Assembly (NCBI GenBank): GCA_016235455.1
Contig: JACRKZ010000008.1
Coordinates: 1 to 64,000 of the forward strand
DNA length: 64,000 bases
Source of the DNA: Armatimonadota bacterium
GTDB taxonomy: Bacteria; Armatimonadota; UBA10988
Direction: 5' to 3'
The notes below the pieces were generated by a model, which was given only the letters and a program-made list of their open reading frames with translations, made no database searches and was not told the origin of the DNA. The position numbers and the translations under genes are program-made. Positions 1 to 9,101 of the stretch are shown one piece after another (the first letter of the stretch is position 1; each line of letters opens with the position of its first letter).

Positions 1-2559
1 GTAGCGCGGCGCGTGGCGCTGGTCACTTTGGCGCTTGGCAACCGCTCCGGCGGTCGCGTGAGCCAGAGCGTCACGCTGCGAGCCGAGAACTGGAACACGG
101 ACCGCCGGCACACACCCGCGCAGGTCAGCGCCGAGGTCGTGCTCGACGGCGCGCTGACCACCACCACCGTCGAGCTGCCGCTGGGCGCCGACGCCCTGTT
201 GTGGGACGAATGGTCGCCCGCGCTGTACCGCCTGACCGCCACGCTGGGCAATGGTGACGCGCTGAGCACCACCTTCGGTCTGCGCGAGATGGGCCGCCTC
301 GGCACACAGTTCGCCGTCAACGGCAAGGCCACGTTCCTGCGCGGCACACACAACGCGGCGAGCTTCCCCAAGACGCTGCATCCGCCCATGGACCTGGACT
401 CCTGGCTGGCGCTGATGCGGCTGTACCGGTCGTATGGCCTGAACCACTACCGGTGCCACACCTGGGCCGTGCCCGAGGCGGCGTTGCTCGCGGCCGACAT
501 GGTCGGCCTCTACATCCAGCCAGAACTGCCCAGCTGGGGCGGCTTCCAGTGGGCCAACGACGCCGCGCACGACGCCTACTGCCGCCGCGAGGCGCTGGCC
601 ATGTCGTCCGCCTGGGCCAACCACCCCAGCTTCGCCATGTTCGCGCTGGGCAACGAGATCGGCCTGCCGCGAGCCGAGTGCCGCGCGGCGATGACCGCGC
701 TGGTCAGCGAGATGCGCGCCGACGACCCGACACGGCTCTATGCCGAGGGCTCCAACAACGAGTTCGGCAACCCCACGGTCAACCCCGGCGACGACTACTT
801 CACCACCTTCCGCACCGGGCGGCGCACCGGCGCCGTGCGCGGCTCGTTTGCCACGGTGGACAAGCCCGAAGGCCACATCCAGGTCGGCCCGGCCAACACC
901 CGGCACGACTACGCCGCCGCCATCACCGGCATCGCGGTGCCGGTCGTGGGTCACGAGGTCGGCCAGTACACGGTTTTCCCTGATCTGGCGGAGATCGGCC
1001 AGGCCACGGGCGCAACGCGGCTACGCAACTACGAGATCGTCCGCGACGGCCTGACCGCGGCGGGCCGGATCGATCGGGCCGCGGCTTACACCCAGGCCAG
1101 TGGGCAGGTGGCGCTGCGCTGCTATCGCGAGGAGATCGAGGCGGCGCTGCGCACGCCGGGCTTCGGCGGGTTCCAGTTGCTGGATCTCATCGACAACCAG
1201 GAGCAGGGCACGGCCGTGGTCGGCATCCTCGACGCCGGCGAGCGCTCCAAGGGCCTGATCACGCCCGAGGCCTGGCGGGAGTTCTGCGCCGAGACCGTGC
1301 TGCTGGCGCGGTTCGACCGCTACACCTGGGCGGCGGGCGAGACCTTCTCGGCCGACGTGGAGGTAGCGCACTACGGCCCGCAGGCCCTGACGCGGCCGGT
1401 GCTCGAATGGTCGCTGAGCGACGGCGCCACGACTTTGGCCCACGGTGCGCTGCCGCCACGGGACGTGCCCCAAGGCTCGGTGACCGCCCTGGGCCGACTG
1501 ACGATCCCTCTGCCCATGCTGCCGGCGGCGCGACGCCTGGAGCTGGTGCTCAGCCTGCGCGGCACCAACCGCCGCAACCGCTACGAGCTGTGGGTCTACC
1601 CGCCGCCTGCCTCGGCGCCGCCCGCCGCCGGGCCGGCTGTCACCGTCCGCCACGGGCTGGACGAAGAGGCCCTGCGGCGGCTGTCCGCCGGTGACGTGGT
1701 GGTGGTCCTGCCGCCCCGAGAGGGCTGGCAGCGCACCGTCGGCGGCGCGTTCGCCACGGATTTCTGGTGCTGGCCCATGTTCCACAACGAGCCGGGCACC
1801 ATGGGCCTGCTGATCGATGCGGCAAGCCCCGCATTGGCGGGTTTTCCGACGGCCGGCCATGGCGACTGGCAATGGTTCGACATCGCCCGCGCCGCGCGTC
1901 CGGTCATCCTCGATGGCGCTGACCTGCGCCCGGCGGTCGAGGTCATCGACAACTTCGCCCGGCTGCATCATCTGGGCCTGCTTTTTGAGCTGCGTGTCGG
2001 CCCAGGCCGCCTGCTGGTCAGCGCGGTCGACCTGCCAGCCATGGGCGACCAGCCAGCGCCACGGGCGCTCTGGTCGAGTCTGCTGGCCTACGCCGCATCG
2101 GACCGTTTCCACCCCACGGTCGCCCGCACGCCGGAACAAGCGCTGTCGCTGCTGGCTCCGGTGCCGCCGAACCTGGCCCGAGGCGGCCGGGCGTCCGCCT
2201 CGACCGAGCAGGGCGACGCCACCGCCGGCAAGGCGCTGGACGGCAATCCCGAGACGCGGTGGTGCGCGGTCGAGGCCATGCTGCCCCAGTGGTGGCAGGT
2301 CGATCTGGGTGCGCCACAGGTCGTCTCTGGGCTGACTATCGACTGGGAGTACAACCGCCGCCTCTACGGCTACCTCATCGAGGGCTCGGACGACGGCGCC
2401 ACGTGGCGGCAGCTCAGCGACCAGCGCGCCAACCCTTCGCGCGAGCAGGTGCACGCCGTGGCCTTCGCGCCGGCGACGGTGCGGTTCGTGCGCGTGACGG
2501 TGGTCAGCACGGAACGGCAGTGGGCGAGCATCCGCGAGGTGCGGGTCACGGGGCCGTAG
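1..2559 (+). CDS. Glycoside hydrolase family 2 protein with C-terminal F5/8 type C (discoidin/CBM32) domain; 5'-partial
   Basis: GH2-like segments 'FGLRE..FAVNG..FLRG', 'GLNHYRCH', 'NHPSFAMFALGNE' and 'VGHEVGQ'; C-terminal 'ALDGNPETRW..WWQVDLG..VRFVRV..SIREVRV'; frame is open to the window edge. Confidence 0.85.
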   Translation, partial: VARRVALVTLALGNRSGGRVSQSVTLRAENWNTDRRHTPAQVSAEVVLDGALTTTTVELPLGADALLWDEWSPALYRLTATLGNGDALSTTFGLREMGRLGTQFAVNGKATFLRGTHNAASFPKTLHPPMDLDSWLALMRLYRSYGLNHYRCHTWAVPEAALLAADMVGLYIQPELPSWGGFQWANDAAHDAYCRREALAMSSAWANHPSFAMFALGNEIGLPRAECRAAMTALVSEMRADDPTRLYAEGSNNEFGNPTVNPGDDYFTTFRTGRRTGAVRGSFATVDKPEGHIQVGPANTRHDYAAAITGIAVPVVGHEVGQYTVFPDLAEIGQATGATRLRNYEIVRDGLTAAGRIDRAAAYTQASGQVALRCYREEIEAALRTPGFGGFQLLDLIDNQEQGTAVVGILDAGERSKGLITPEAWREFCAETVLLARFDRYTWAAGETFSADVEVAHYGPQALTRPVLEWSLSDGATTLAHGALPPRDVPQGSVTALGRLTIPLPMLPAARRLELVLSLRGTNRRNRYELWVYPPPASAPPAAGPAVTVRHGLDEEALRRLSAGDVVVVLPPREGWQRTVGGAFATDFWCWPMFHNEPGTMGLLIDAASPALAGFPTAGHGDWQWFDIARAARPVILDGADLRPAVEVIDNFARLHHLGLLFELRVGPGRLLVSAVDLPAMGDQPAPRALWSSLLAYAASDRFHPTVARTPEQALSLLAPVPPNLARGGRASASTEQGDATAGKALDGNPETRWCAVEAMLPQWWQVDLGAPQVVSGLTIDWEYNRRLYGYLIEGSDDGATWRQLSDQRANPSREQVHAVAFAPATVRFVRVTVVSTERQWASIREVRVTGP

Positions 2560-2570
2560 CAGGGCGCGCT

Positions 2571-2952
2571 TGGTGGCACCAGCCTCCTGGCCGCTGACTG
2601 GCGCCGCGACGTCGGCAAGCTGCTTCGCGCACCGGCCAGGGGGCCTTGTCGTTACCCACAAGTGCCGGTCGGGTCTGCATGTGCCAGCGGTCGGCCCGAC
2701 CCCCTGGGAGCGCCGCGCTCCCGCGCGGCACCAATCGCGGCTCTGTTGGGCCACGGGAGCCATTGGTTGCGCTCGCGAGCCTTTGGGGCCGGTGCCGGAG
2801 CCGTCGGCCTCAAACTTCGCGCGAAAGCGTAGCGGAGCCGCATTGGGTGCCGCGCAGGAGCGCGGCGCTCCCAGGGACGGGCCGACCGTTGGCGCACGCA
2901 GAGCCGGCCAGCACTTGTGGATGATGATGAGGCCAGGAGGCCGGTGCCACCA
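2571..2952. repeat. About 380-bp imperfect nested inverted repeat (REP-doublet/REPIN or MITE-like)
   Basis: Outer 22-bp IR TGGTGGCACC(A/G)GCCTCCTGGCC at 2571-2592 and 2931-2952 (1 mismatch); inner arms of about 86 bp at 2656-2743 and 2835-2920 are near reverse complements, each containing GGGAGCGCCGCGCTCC(C/T)GCGCGGC. Confidence 0.8.
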
Positions 2953-3019
2953 TGACCCGCGCTGTACGACCTGCCCCGCCGCCGGGTTGGGACAGACAGC
3001 GACTTTGGGGGCCTGGAGC

Positions 3020-5053
3020 ATGCTGCTGCACATCGATACCACCAGGGAGCAGGCCACCGATCTCGGCTACCTGCTGGCCAAGAACCCCGCGCGCTGCCAG
3101 ACGTTCGCGCTGTCGTTCGGCCGGGCGCACGTCTTCTCTCCGGTGGGCCTGGTGCGCGGCCGGGTTGGCAGCCGCGACGGCGGGCCGCTGTCGCAGTACG
3201 TCAACGACCGGCCGTATGTGGCCATGGCCATGACCGCCCAAGGCAGCGCGCTCTGCGTGCCCGGCAACCACGACGTCAAACTGGAGCGCGCCCTGCGCGG
3301 CCGCGATGTGCGCCAGACCCACGGTCTGGCCGCGACTATGGCGCAGCTGGCCTCTGAGCCGCCCGAGCTCAGCGGCCAGGTGGCCGACTTCATCGGCAGC
3401 CTGGTCAGCCACTACGTCCTCGACGGCGGCCGCTTGGTGGTGGCCCACGCCGGCCTGCGCGCGGAGTTGCACGGCCGCGCCTCGAGCCAGGTGCGCGAGT
3501 TCGCGCTGTATGGCGAGACCACCGGTGAGACCGACGAGTACGGTTTGCCCGTACGCTACTTCTGGGCCGGCGACTACCGCAGCGAGGCGACGGTCGTCTA
3601 TGGCCATACGCCGGTGCCCGACGCCAGTTGGACCAACCGGACAATCTGCATCGACACCGGCTGTGTCTTCGGCGGGCAACTCACCGCACTACGCTACCCC
3701 GAGCGCGAACTGGTGCAGGTGCCCGCCCGGCGCTGCTACTACGAGCCGGCGCGTCCGCTGCATCCGCCACCTGACGCGCGGCCCGACGCCGCGCGGCCGG
3801 CGGCAGACCTGCTGGACATTCAGGACGTGTTGGGCAAGCGCATCATCCCCACCCGCACCCAGGGCCATGTGACCATCCGCGAGGAGAACGCGCTGGCCGC
3901 GCTGGAGGTGTTGGGGCGGTTCGCCGCCGACCCGCGCTGGCTGGTCTACCTGCCGCCCACCATGGCGCCAGCGGACACCTGCCGCGCGGGCGACTACCTG
4001 GAGCACCCGCGTGAGGCCTTCGCCTACTTCCGCGGCGAGGAAGTGGCTCGCGTGGTCTGCCAGGAGAAGCACATGGGCTCCCGCGCGGTGGTCGTGCTGT
4101 GCCGCGACGAAGCCACGGCCCGCCGTCGGTTCTCGGTGTCCAGTGGCGAGCGGGGCATGGTGCTGACCCGCACCGGCCGGCCCTTCTTCGCCCAGACTGC
4201 GCTCACCGCCGAGGTCGTCAGCCGCCTGTGCGGCGCGGTCGAGCGCGCCGGGCTGTGGTCCGCGCTGGAGACCGACTGGCTGTGCCTCGACGCGGAGCTG
4301 ATGCCCTGGTCGGCCAGGGCACAGGAGCTGCTGCGCACGCAGTACGCGCCCGCCGGTGCCGCCGCGCGCGCCGCCTTCGCCGAGGCCATCGGCGCGCTGG
4401 AGCAGGCCCAAGCCCGCGGCGCCGAGGCCGGCAACGCCGACCTGCTGGCGCGCCTGGTCGAGCGGCAGGACTGCGCGGCCCGCTATGACCAGGCCTGGCG
4501 CCGCTACTGCTGGCGCGTGGACAGCGTGGACGACCTGAAGATCGCCCCGTTCCACCTGCTGGCCGGCGAGGGCCACGTCTACACCGACCGCGACCACCTG
4601 TGGCACATGGCCACGCTGGCCGAGCTGTGCGCCGCCGACCCGGCGCTGCTGCGCGCCGCGCCGTGCCTGCCGGTCGACCTGACCGACGCGGACAGCGAGG
4701 CCGCCGGCATCGCCTGGTGGGAGCAGCTCACCGACCGCGGCGGCGAAGGCATGGTGGTCAAGCCCCTGGGCTGGCTGACCAAGGGCCCGCACGGCCTGGT
4801 GCAGCCGGCCATCAAATGCCGCGGACGAGAGTACCTGCGGATCATCTATGGCCCGGACTACACGCGACCCGACCAGCTCGACCGGCTGCGTCAGCGCTCG
4901 CTGGGCACCAAGCGCGCCATGGCGCTGCGCGAGTATGCGCTGGGGCTGGAAGCGCTGCACCGCTTTGTCGAGGGCGAGCCGCTGTACCGCGTGCACGAGT
5001 GCGTGCTCGGCGTTCTGGCCATGGAGAGCCAGCCGGTCGACCCGCGGCTGTGA
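3020..5053 (+). CDS. pnkp: In-frame fusion of a Hen1 N-terminal fragment (68 aa) to the C-terminal part of bacterial Pnkp (partial phosphatase plus RNA ligase domain); possibly degenerate
   Basis: N-terminus 'MLLHIDTT..ATDLGYLLAKNPARCQTFALSFGRAHVF..QYVNDRPYVA' matches the Hen1 start; then Pnkp motifs GNHD, HAG, YGHTP, IDTGCVFGG, ligase EKHMGSR, EGMVVKP, KCRGREYLRIIYG and terminal PVDPRL; GGAG upstream of ATG 3020. Confidence 0.85.
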   Translation: MLLHIDTTREQATDLGYLLAKNPARCQTFALSFGRAHVFSPVGLVRGRVGSRDGGPLSQYVNDRPYVAMAMTAQGSALCVPGNHDVKLERALRGRDVRQTHGLAATMAQLASEPPELSGQVADFIGSLVSHYVLDGGRLVVAHAGLRAELHGRASSQVREFALYGETTGETDEYGLPVRYFWAGDYRSEATVVYGHTPVPDASWTNRTICIDTGCVFGGQLTALRYPERELVQVPARRCYYEPARPLHPPPDARPDAARPAADLLDIQDVLGKRIIPTRTQGHVTIREENALAALEVLGRFAADPRWLVYLPPTMAPADTCRAGDYLEHPREAFAYFRGEEVARVVCQEKHMGSRAVVVLCRDEATARRRFSVSSGERGMVLTRTGRPFFAQTALTAEVVSRLCGAVERAGLWSALETDWLCLDAELMPWSARAQELLRTQYAPAGAAARAAFAEAIGALEQAQARGAEAGNADLLARLVERQDCAARYDQAWRRYCWRVDSVDDLKIAPFHLLAGEGHVYTDRDHLWHMATLAELCAADPALLRAAPCLPVDLTDADSEAAGIAWWEQLTDRGGEGMVVKPLGWLTKGPHGLVQPAIKCRGREYLRIIYGPDYTRPDQLDRLRQRSLGTKRAMALREYALGLEALHRFVEGEPLYRVHECVLGVLAMESQPVDPRL

Positions 5054-5106
5054 CCTGGCGAGCTGCTGCTCGCCACGCCCGCCGCCCCATGTTGTACACT
5101 GCGGCC

Positions 5107-5679
5107 ATGGCAGACTACGTAGGTGAGGTGGTTCTCAGCAGCACGACGCGCCTGACGGCGCAGTGCCCCGACGACGATGCGACGCCGGCCTTGGGCTCGT
5201 TCGTGACCGTCGACTACGGGCCGGGCCGGGCCGTGGCGGTGGTGGCCGAGGTGCGCTCGGGCAGTCTGGACCCTGGGCGTCGGCCGGTAGCCTTCGGGTT
5301 GAGCGAGGAGGAGTTGTTCCGCCAGCAGCCGCAGCTACGCGAGTTGTTGAGCACCGAATTCGAGGCCATCCTCGTCGGCTGGTCCGAGGGCGACGGCCCG
5401 GCGCGCCAGCTCCTGCCGCCGCGACCGCCACGGCTGCACCGCTTCGTCAGCCCCGCTGAGCCCGACGACGTGCGCACGGTGACAGAAGGCGGCGACTGGC
5501 TGCGGACGCTACTGGCCGCCGAGGCGAGCGACGACCTGCTGGCCGCGGCGGTGCGTGCCTCGCTGGCAACCCGGCCCGACGACCACACCGCGCGCCTGCA
5601 CGCCGGCCGTGCGTTGGCCCGCCTGGTGGGCGACGACTACGAGCGCCTGCAGGTGCTGCTGCGGAGGGTGGCGCAATGA
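5107..5679 (+). CDS. HAS-barrel domain protein (HerA-associated)
   Basis: 'VGEVVLSSTT..AQC..PALGSFV..SLDPGRRPVA..PQLRELLSTEF..LPPRPPRLHRFV' resembles the stand-alone HAS-barrel partner of bacterial HerA; ATGA overlap with the next gene. Confidence 0.75.
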   Translation: MADYVGEVVLSSTTRLTAQCPDDDATPALGSFVTVDYGPGRAVAVVAEVRSGSLDPGRRPVAFGLSEEELFRQQPQLRELLSTEFEAILVGWSEGDGPARQLLPPRPPRLHRFVSPAEPDDVRTVTEGGDWLRTLLAAEASDDLLAAAVRASLATRPDDHTARLHAGRALARLVGDDYERLQVLLRRVAQ

Positions 5680-7310
5680 TCGAGACACGCCAACGGCTCG
5701 GCCTGGTCACCGGCGGCAGCCTGCTCGATGGCCTGGAGATGAAGCTCGATCCAGGCGTCAGCACCGAAGCGCTGCGCGCCGGCCAGTACGTGGTGGTCGA
5801 GGGTCAAGACCACATCTTCTACACGATGATCACCGACGTGCGGCTGCAAAGCGCCAGCCCCAGCATCCCCATTCGGCCGCCGGCCGATGGCGACGATCTG
5901 CTGCGGCAGGTGCTGGCCGGCGAATGGACCTATGTCACACTGCACCTGCGCCCGCTGCTGCAGCTGCCGCTGGTCGGCGAGACCGATGTCGATTCGGCGC
6001 AGGTCAAGACCGTGCCCGCGCACTTCGCCGCCGCCCAGCGCGCCAGCGAGGACGATGTCTCGCGCGTCTTCGGCCAGCAGAGCGCCCGCGACCGCTTCCA
6101 TGTCGGCGCGCCGCTGGATATGGACACGCCCGTCTGCCTCAACCTGAGCCGGTTCGTCGAGCGCAGCAACGGCATCTTCGGCAAGACCGGCACGGGGAAG
6201 ACCTTCCTGACCCGCCTGGTACTGGCCGGTCTGTGCCACAAGCTGCCCGGCGAGGTGGTCACCCTGACCTTCGACATGCATAACGAGTATGGCGGCAGCG
6301 CGCGCCAGGAGGGCAGCGACCGGCATGTGCCCGGCCTCAAGCAGCTCTTTGGCGAGCAGGTCGCGGTGATGACGCTCGACGAGGAGTCGAGCCGCCGGCG
6401 GGGCGCGCCCATCGACGAGGTCGTGCAACTGGCCTACGACGACATCGAGCCCGGCGACATCATCGCCATGCGCGGCGAACTCGGCCTGTCCGAGGCCGGC
6501 TGCGACACGCTCTCGCTGCTCGAAGGCCATTTCGGTGATCGCTGGCTGTGGCAACTGCTGCACGGTGACCCCGAGGAGCTGGTCGAACGCATCGGCGGCC
6601 ACCTGGGCGCCGTGCTGGCCGCCCGGCGCAAGCTAGCCCGACTGGCCGGCAAGGACTTCAAGCGCTTCCTGCACCCCAAGCTCGAAGGATCGGCCCGCCG
6701 CGCGGTGGACACGCTGGTCAAACGCCTCGCCGAGCGCAAACAGCATGTCGTGCTGGAGTTCGGCCAGGTGACCAGCCTGCTGAGCTACCTGCTGGTGGCC
6801 AATGTCGTCACCCGCAAGCTCTATGCCGAGTGGGTCCGCCGCGCCGAGGAGTTCCACGCCAGCCTGCGCCCGCAGGATAAGCCCCCACACCTGGTCATCT
6901 GCGTTGAGGAGGCCCACAAGTTCCTCAACCCCGAAGCCGCGCGGCAAACCTCGTTCGGCCAGATCGCGCGCGAACTGCGCAAGTACTTCGTCTCCCTGCT
7001 CATCGTCGACCAGCGGCCCAGCGGCATCGACGACGAGATCCTCAGCCAGCTCGGCACGCGCATCACCGCCCAGCTCAACGACGACCGCGACATCGCCGCG
7101 GTACTCGCCGGCACCACCGGCTCCGCGGGTCTGCGCGTGGTGCTGGCGGGCCTCGACTCCAAGCAACAGGCCCTTATTTTCGGCCACGCCGTGCCCATGC
7201 CCGTCGTGCTCAAGACCCGGACCTACAACGACGAACTGTTCGGCGAGATCGGGCGGATCAAGGCGGATGTGGAGGGGACGATGAGCGCGGGGCCGGACCC
7301 GTGGGGATGA
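5676..7310 (+). CDS. herA: HerA-like ATPase/helicase (DUF87, FtsK/HerA superfamily)
   Basis: N-terminal HAS barrel, Walker A GKTGTGKT, FDMHNEYG, Walker B ICVEEAHKF, RELRKY, DQRPS. Confidence 0.85.
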   Translation: MIETRQRLGLVTGGSLLDGLEMKLDPGVSTEALRAGQYVVVEGQDHIFYTMITDVRLQSASPSIPIRPPADGDDLLRQVLAGEWTYVTLHLRPLLQLPLVGETDVDSAQVKTVPAHFAAAQRASEDDVSRVFGQQSARDRFHVGAPLDMDTPVCLNLSRFVERSNGIFGKTGTGKTFLTRLVLAGLCHKLPGEVVTLTFDMHNEYGGSARQEGSDRHVPGLKQLFGEQVAVMTLDEESSRRRGAPIDEVVQLAYDDIEPGDIIAMRGELGLSEAGCDTLSLLEGHFGDRWLWQLLHGDPEELVERIGGHLGAVLAARRKLARLAGKDFKRFLHPKLEGSARRAVDTLVKRLAERKQHVVLEFGQVTSLLSYLLVANVVTRKLYAEWVRRAEEFHASLRPQDKPPHLVICVEEAHKFLNPEAARQTSFGQIARELRKYFVSLLIVDQRPSGIDDEILSQLGTRITAQLNDDRDIAAVLAGTTGSAGLRVVLAGLDSKQQALIFGHAVPMPVVLKTRTYNDELFGEIGRIKADVEGTMSAGPDPWG

Positions 7311-7331
7311 GGCGCGCTACGCGCGCGAAGG

Positions 7332-7358
7332 GCGCTGCGGCCTGAAGGGCCGCAGCGC
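7332..7358 (+). terminator. GC hairpin downstream of herA (possible terminator)
   Basis: GCGCTGCGGCC-TGAAG-GGCCGCAGCGC, 11-bp stem; no U-tract. Confidence 0.4.
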
Positions 7359-7435
7359 GCCCCTGACACACAAGCGATCCGCATCACACTGCCCAGTGTC
7401 CGATGTGAACTCGGCACAACGAGGAGGGTACGATT

Positions 7436-7960
7436 GTGAGCGTTAAGGTTGGGTGTCCCGCCCCTGATTTCACCTGTGATGCGCTGGTGGACGGCAAGGT
7501 CGATGGTAAGGTCTCGCTGAGCGACTACAAGGGTAAGTGGGTACTGCTGTACTTCTACCCGCTCGACTTCACCTTCGTCTGCCCCACGGAGATCGTGGCC
7601 ATCAACGAGGCCGTGCCGAAGCTGGCCGAGCTCAACTGCCAGGTCCTCGCGGCCAGCACCGACTCGGTCTACTCGCACCTGGCCTGGACCGAGAGCCATC
7701 CCGGCCTGAAGAACATGGCCCACCCGATGCTCGGCGACACCACGCACGCCGTGTCGAAGGCCTATGACGTGCTGCTCGAAGACAAGGGCATCGCCCTGCG
7801 CGGCTCGTTCCTCATCGACCCCGACGGCGTGTTGCAGTGGGTCAACGTCAACGCGCTCAATGCGGGCCGCAACGTGGACGAGATCATCCGCGTCCTGTCC
7901 GCGCTGCAGACCGGCGGTCTGACCCCGTGTGGGTGGACGCCGGGCCAGGCGACACTGTAG
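7436..7960 (+). CDS. ahpC: 2-Cys peroxiredoxin (AhpC/TSA family)
   Basis: FYPLDFTFVCPTE motif; resolving Cys in TPCGW; GAGGAGG RBS before GTG. Confidence 0.92.
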   Translation: MSVKVGCPAPDFTCDALVDGKVDGKVSLSDYKGKWVLLYFYPLDFTFVCPTEIVAINEAVPKLAELNCQVLAASTDSVYSHLAWTESHPGLKNMAHPMLGDTTHAVSKAYDVLLEDKGIALRGSFLIDPDGVLQWVNVNALNAGRNVDEIIRVLSALQTGGLTPCGWTPGQATL

Positions 7961-8056
7961 GTTCCATCGGCCACGGCCGACCGACAAGCCACTTGGGGCA
8001 GCTTCAGCTTGTGCTAAGCTGTGCCTCAGGTGGCTTGGCCATTTGGGGACCCGACC

Positions 8057-9082
8057 ATGACCGAACGACAGCGCTTCGCGGCGGCGACCGCCGGCACCGC
8101 GACCGACCGACTGCCCTGTCATCCGTTGACCATGACCTTTGCCAGCCGGCTGGTCGGCCGGCCCTATCGCGACTATGTCATGGACCATCGTGTCATGGCC
8201 GCCGGCCAGATGGCCGTGGTCGAGCAGTTCGGCGTCGACTTCGTGTCGACCATCAGCGACCCCTGCCGCGAGACCCACGACCTGGGCGGCACGCCGGTCT
8301 ACTTCGATGACGAAGCCCCGGCCAACGATCCGCGCAATGTGCTGCTGCGCGACAAGGCCGCGCTCGTCGGCCTCGTTCCGCCAGACCTGCTCGGCGGCGG
8401 CCGCATGCACGACCGCATCCAAGGCGTGGCGCTGCTGCGCGAGCGGCTGGGCCGCGACTTCCCCGTGCAGGGCTGGGTCGAAGGGCCCATCGCCCTGGCG
8501 GTCGACCTGCGCGGCATGGAGCCGCTCATGCTCGACACCATGGACGACCCAGAATTCGTCAGCGATCTGTTCGGCTTCTGCGTCGACCTGGAGATCGAGT
8601 TCGCGCGGCTGCAGGTGCAGGCCGGCGCCGATCACATCGGCGTGGGTGATGCCGCCGCATCGCTGGTTGGACCGCGGCTGTATCGCGAGCTGGTGTATGC
8701 CCAGGAGAAGCGCCTGATCGACGCCATCCACGCCATGGGCGCTGGCGTGCGGCTGCATGTCTGCGGCAATGTGACCGACTTGGTCGCCGATTTCGAGACG
8801 CTCGGCTGCGAACTGGTCGACATCGACTTCCTCTGCAACTTCGCCCACGCGCGGGCCAACATGCCCACTACCGCGCTGCTGGGCAACATCGAGCCCGCCA
8901 GCTGGCTGCTGCGCGGCACGCCGGACGACGTCTACACCCAGGTCGCCGAATGCCATGCCGTCGCCGGCCGCCGGTTCGTCGTCGGCGCCGGCTGCGAAGT
9001 GCCGCGCGATACGCCGCACGACAACCTCCGCGCGCTGTGTCGCTATGCGGCGGAGCACCGCAACACCGATCATGAGGTGTAG
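8057..9082 (+). CDS. Uroporphyrinogen decarboxylase/MtaA-CmuA family protein
   Basis: 'GWVEGPIALA..LRG', 'LHVCGN', 'LLGNIEP', 'GAGCEVPRDTP'. Confidence 0.85.
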   Translation: MTERQRFAAATAGTATDRLPCHPLTMTFASRLVGRPYRDYVMDHRVMAAGQMAVVEQFGVDFVSTISDPCRETHDLGGTPVYFDDEAPANDPRNVLLRDKAALVGLVPPDLLGGGRMHDRIQGVALLRERLGRDFPVQGWVEGPIALAVDLRGMEPLMLDTMDDPEFVSDLFGFCVDLEIEFARLQVQAGADHIGVGDAAASLVGPRLYRELVYAQEKRLIDAIHAMGAGVRLHVCGNVTDLVADFETLGCELVDIDFLCNFAHARANMPTTALLGNIEPASWLLRGTPDDVYTQVAECHAVAGRRFVVGAGCEVPRDTPHDNLRALCRYAAEHRNTDHEV

Positions 9083-9101
9083 CGCCCGAAGGACACCCGC
9101 C

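Noticed and set aside
2570-3019. 150-aa N-terminal extension of the 827-aa ORF
   Set aside because: It translates the palindromic repeat: the same peptide appears on both strands. Homology and an RBS begin at ATG 3020.
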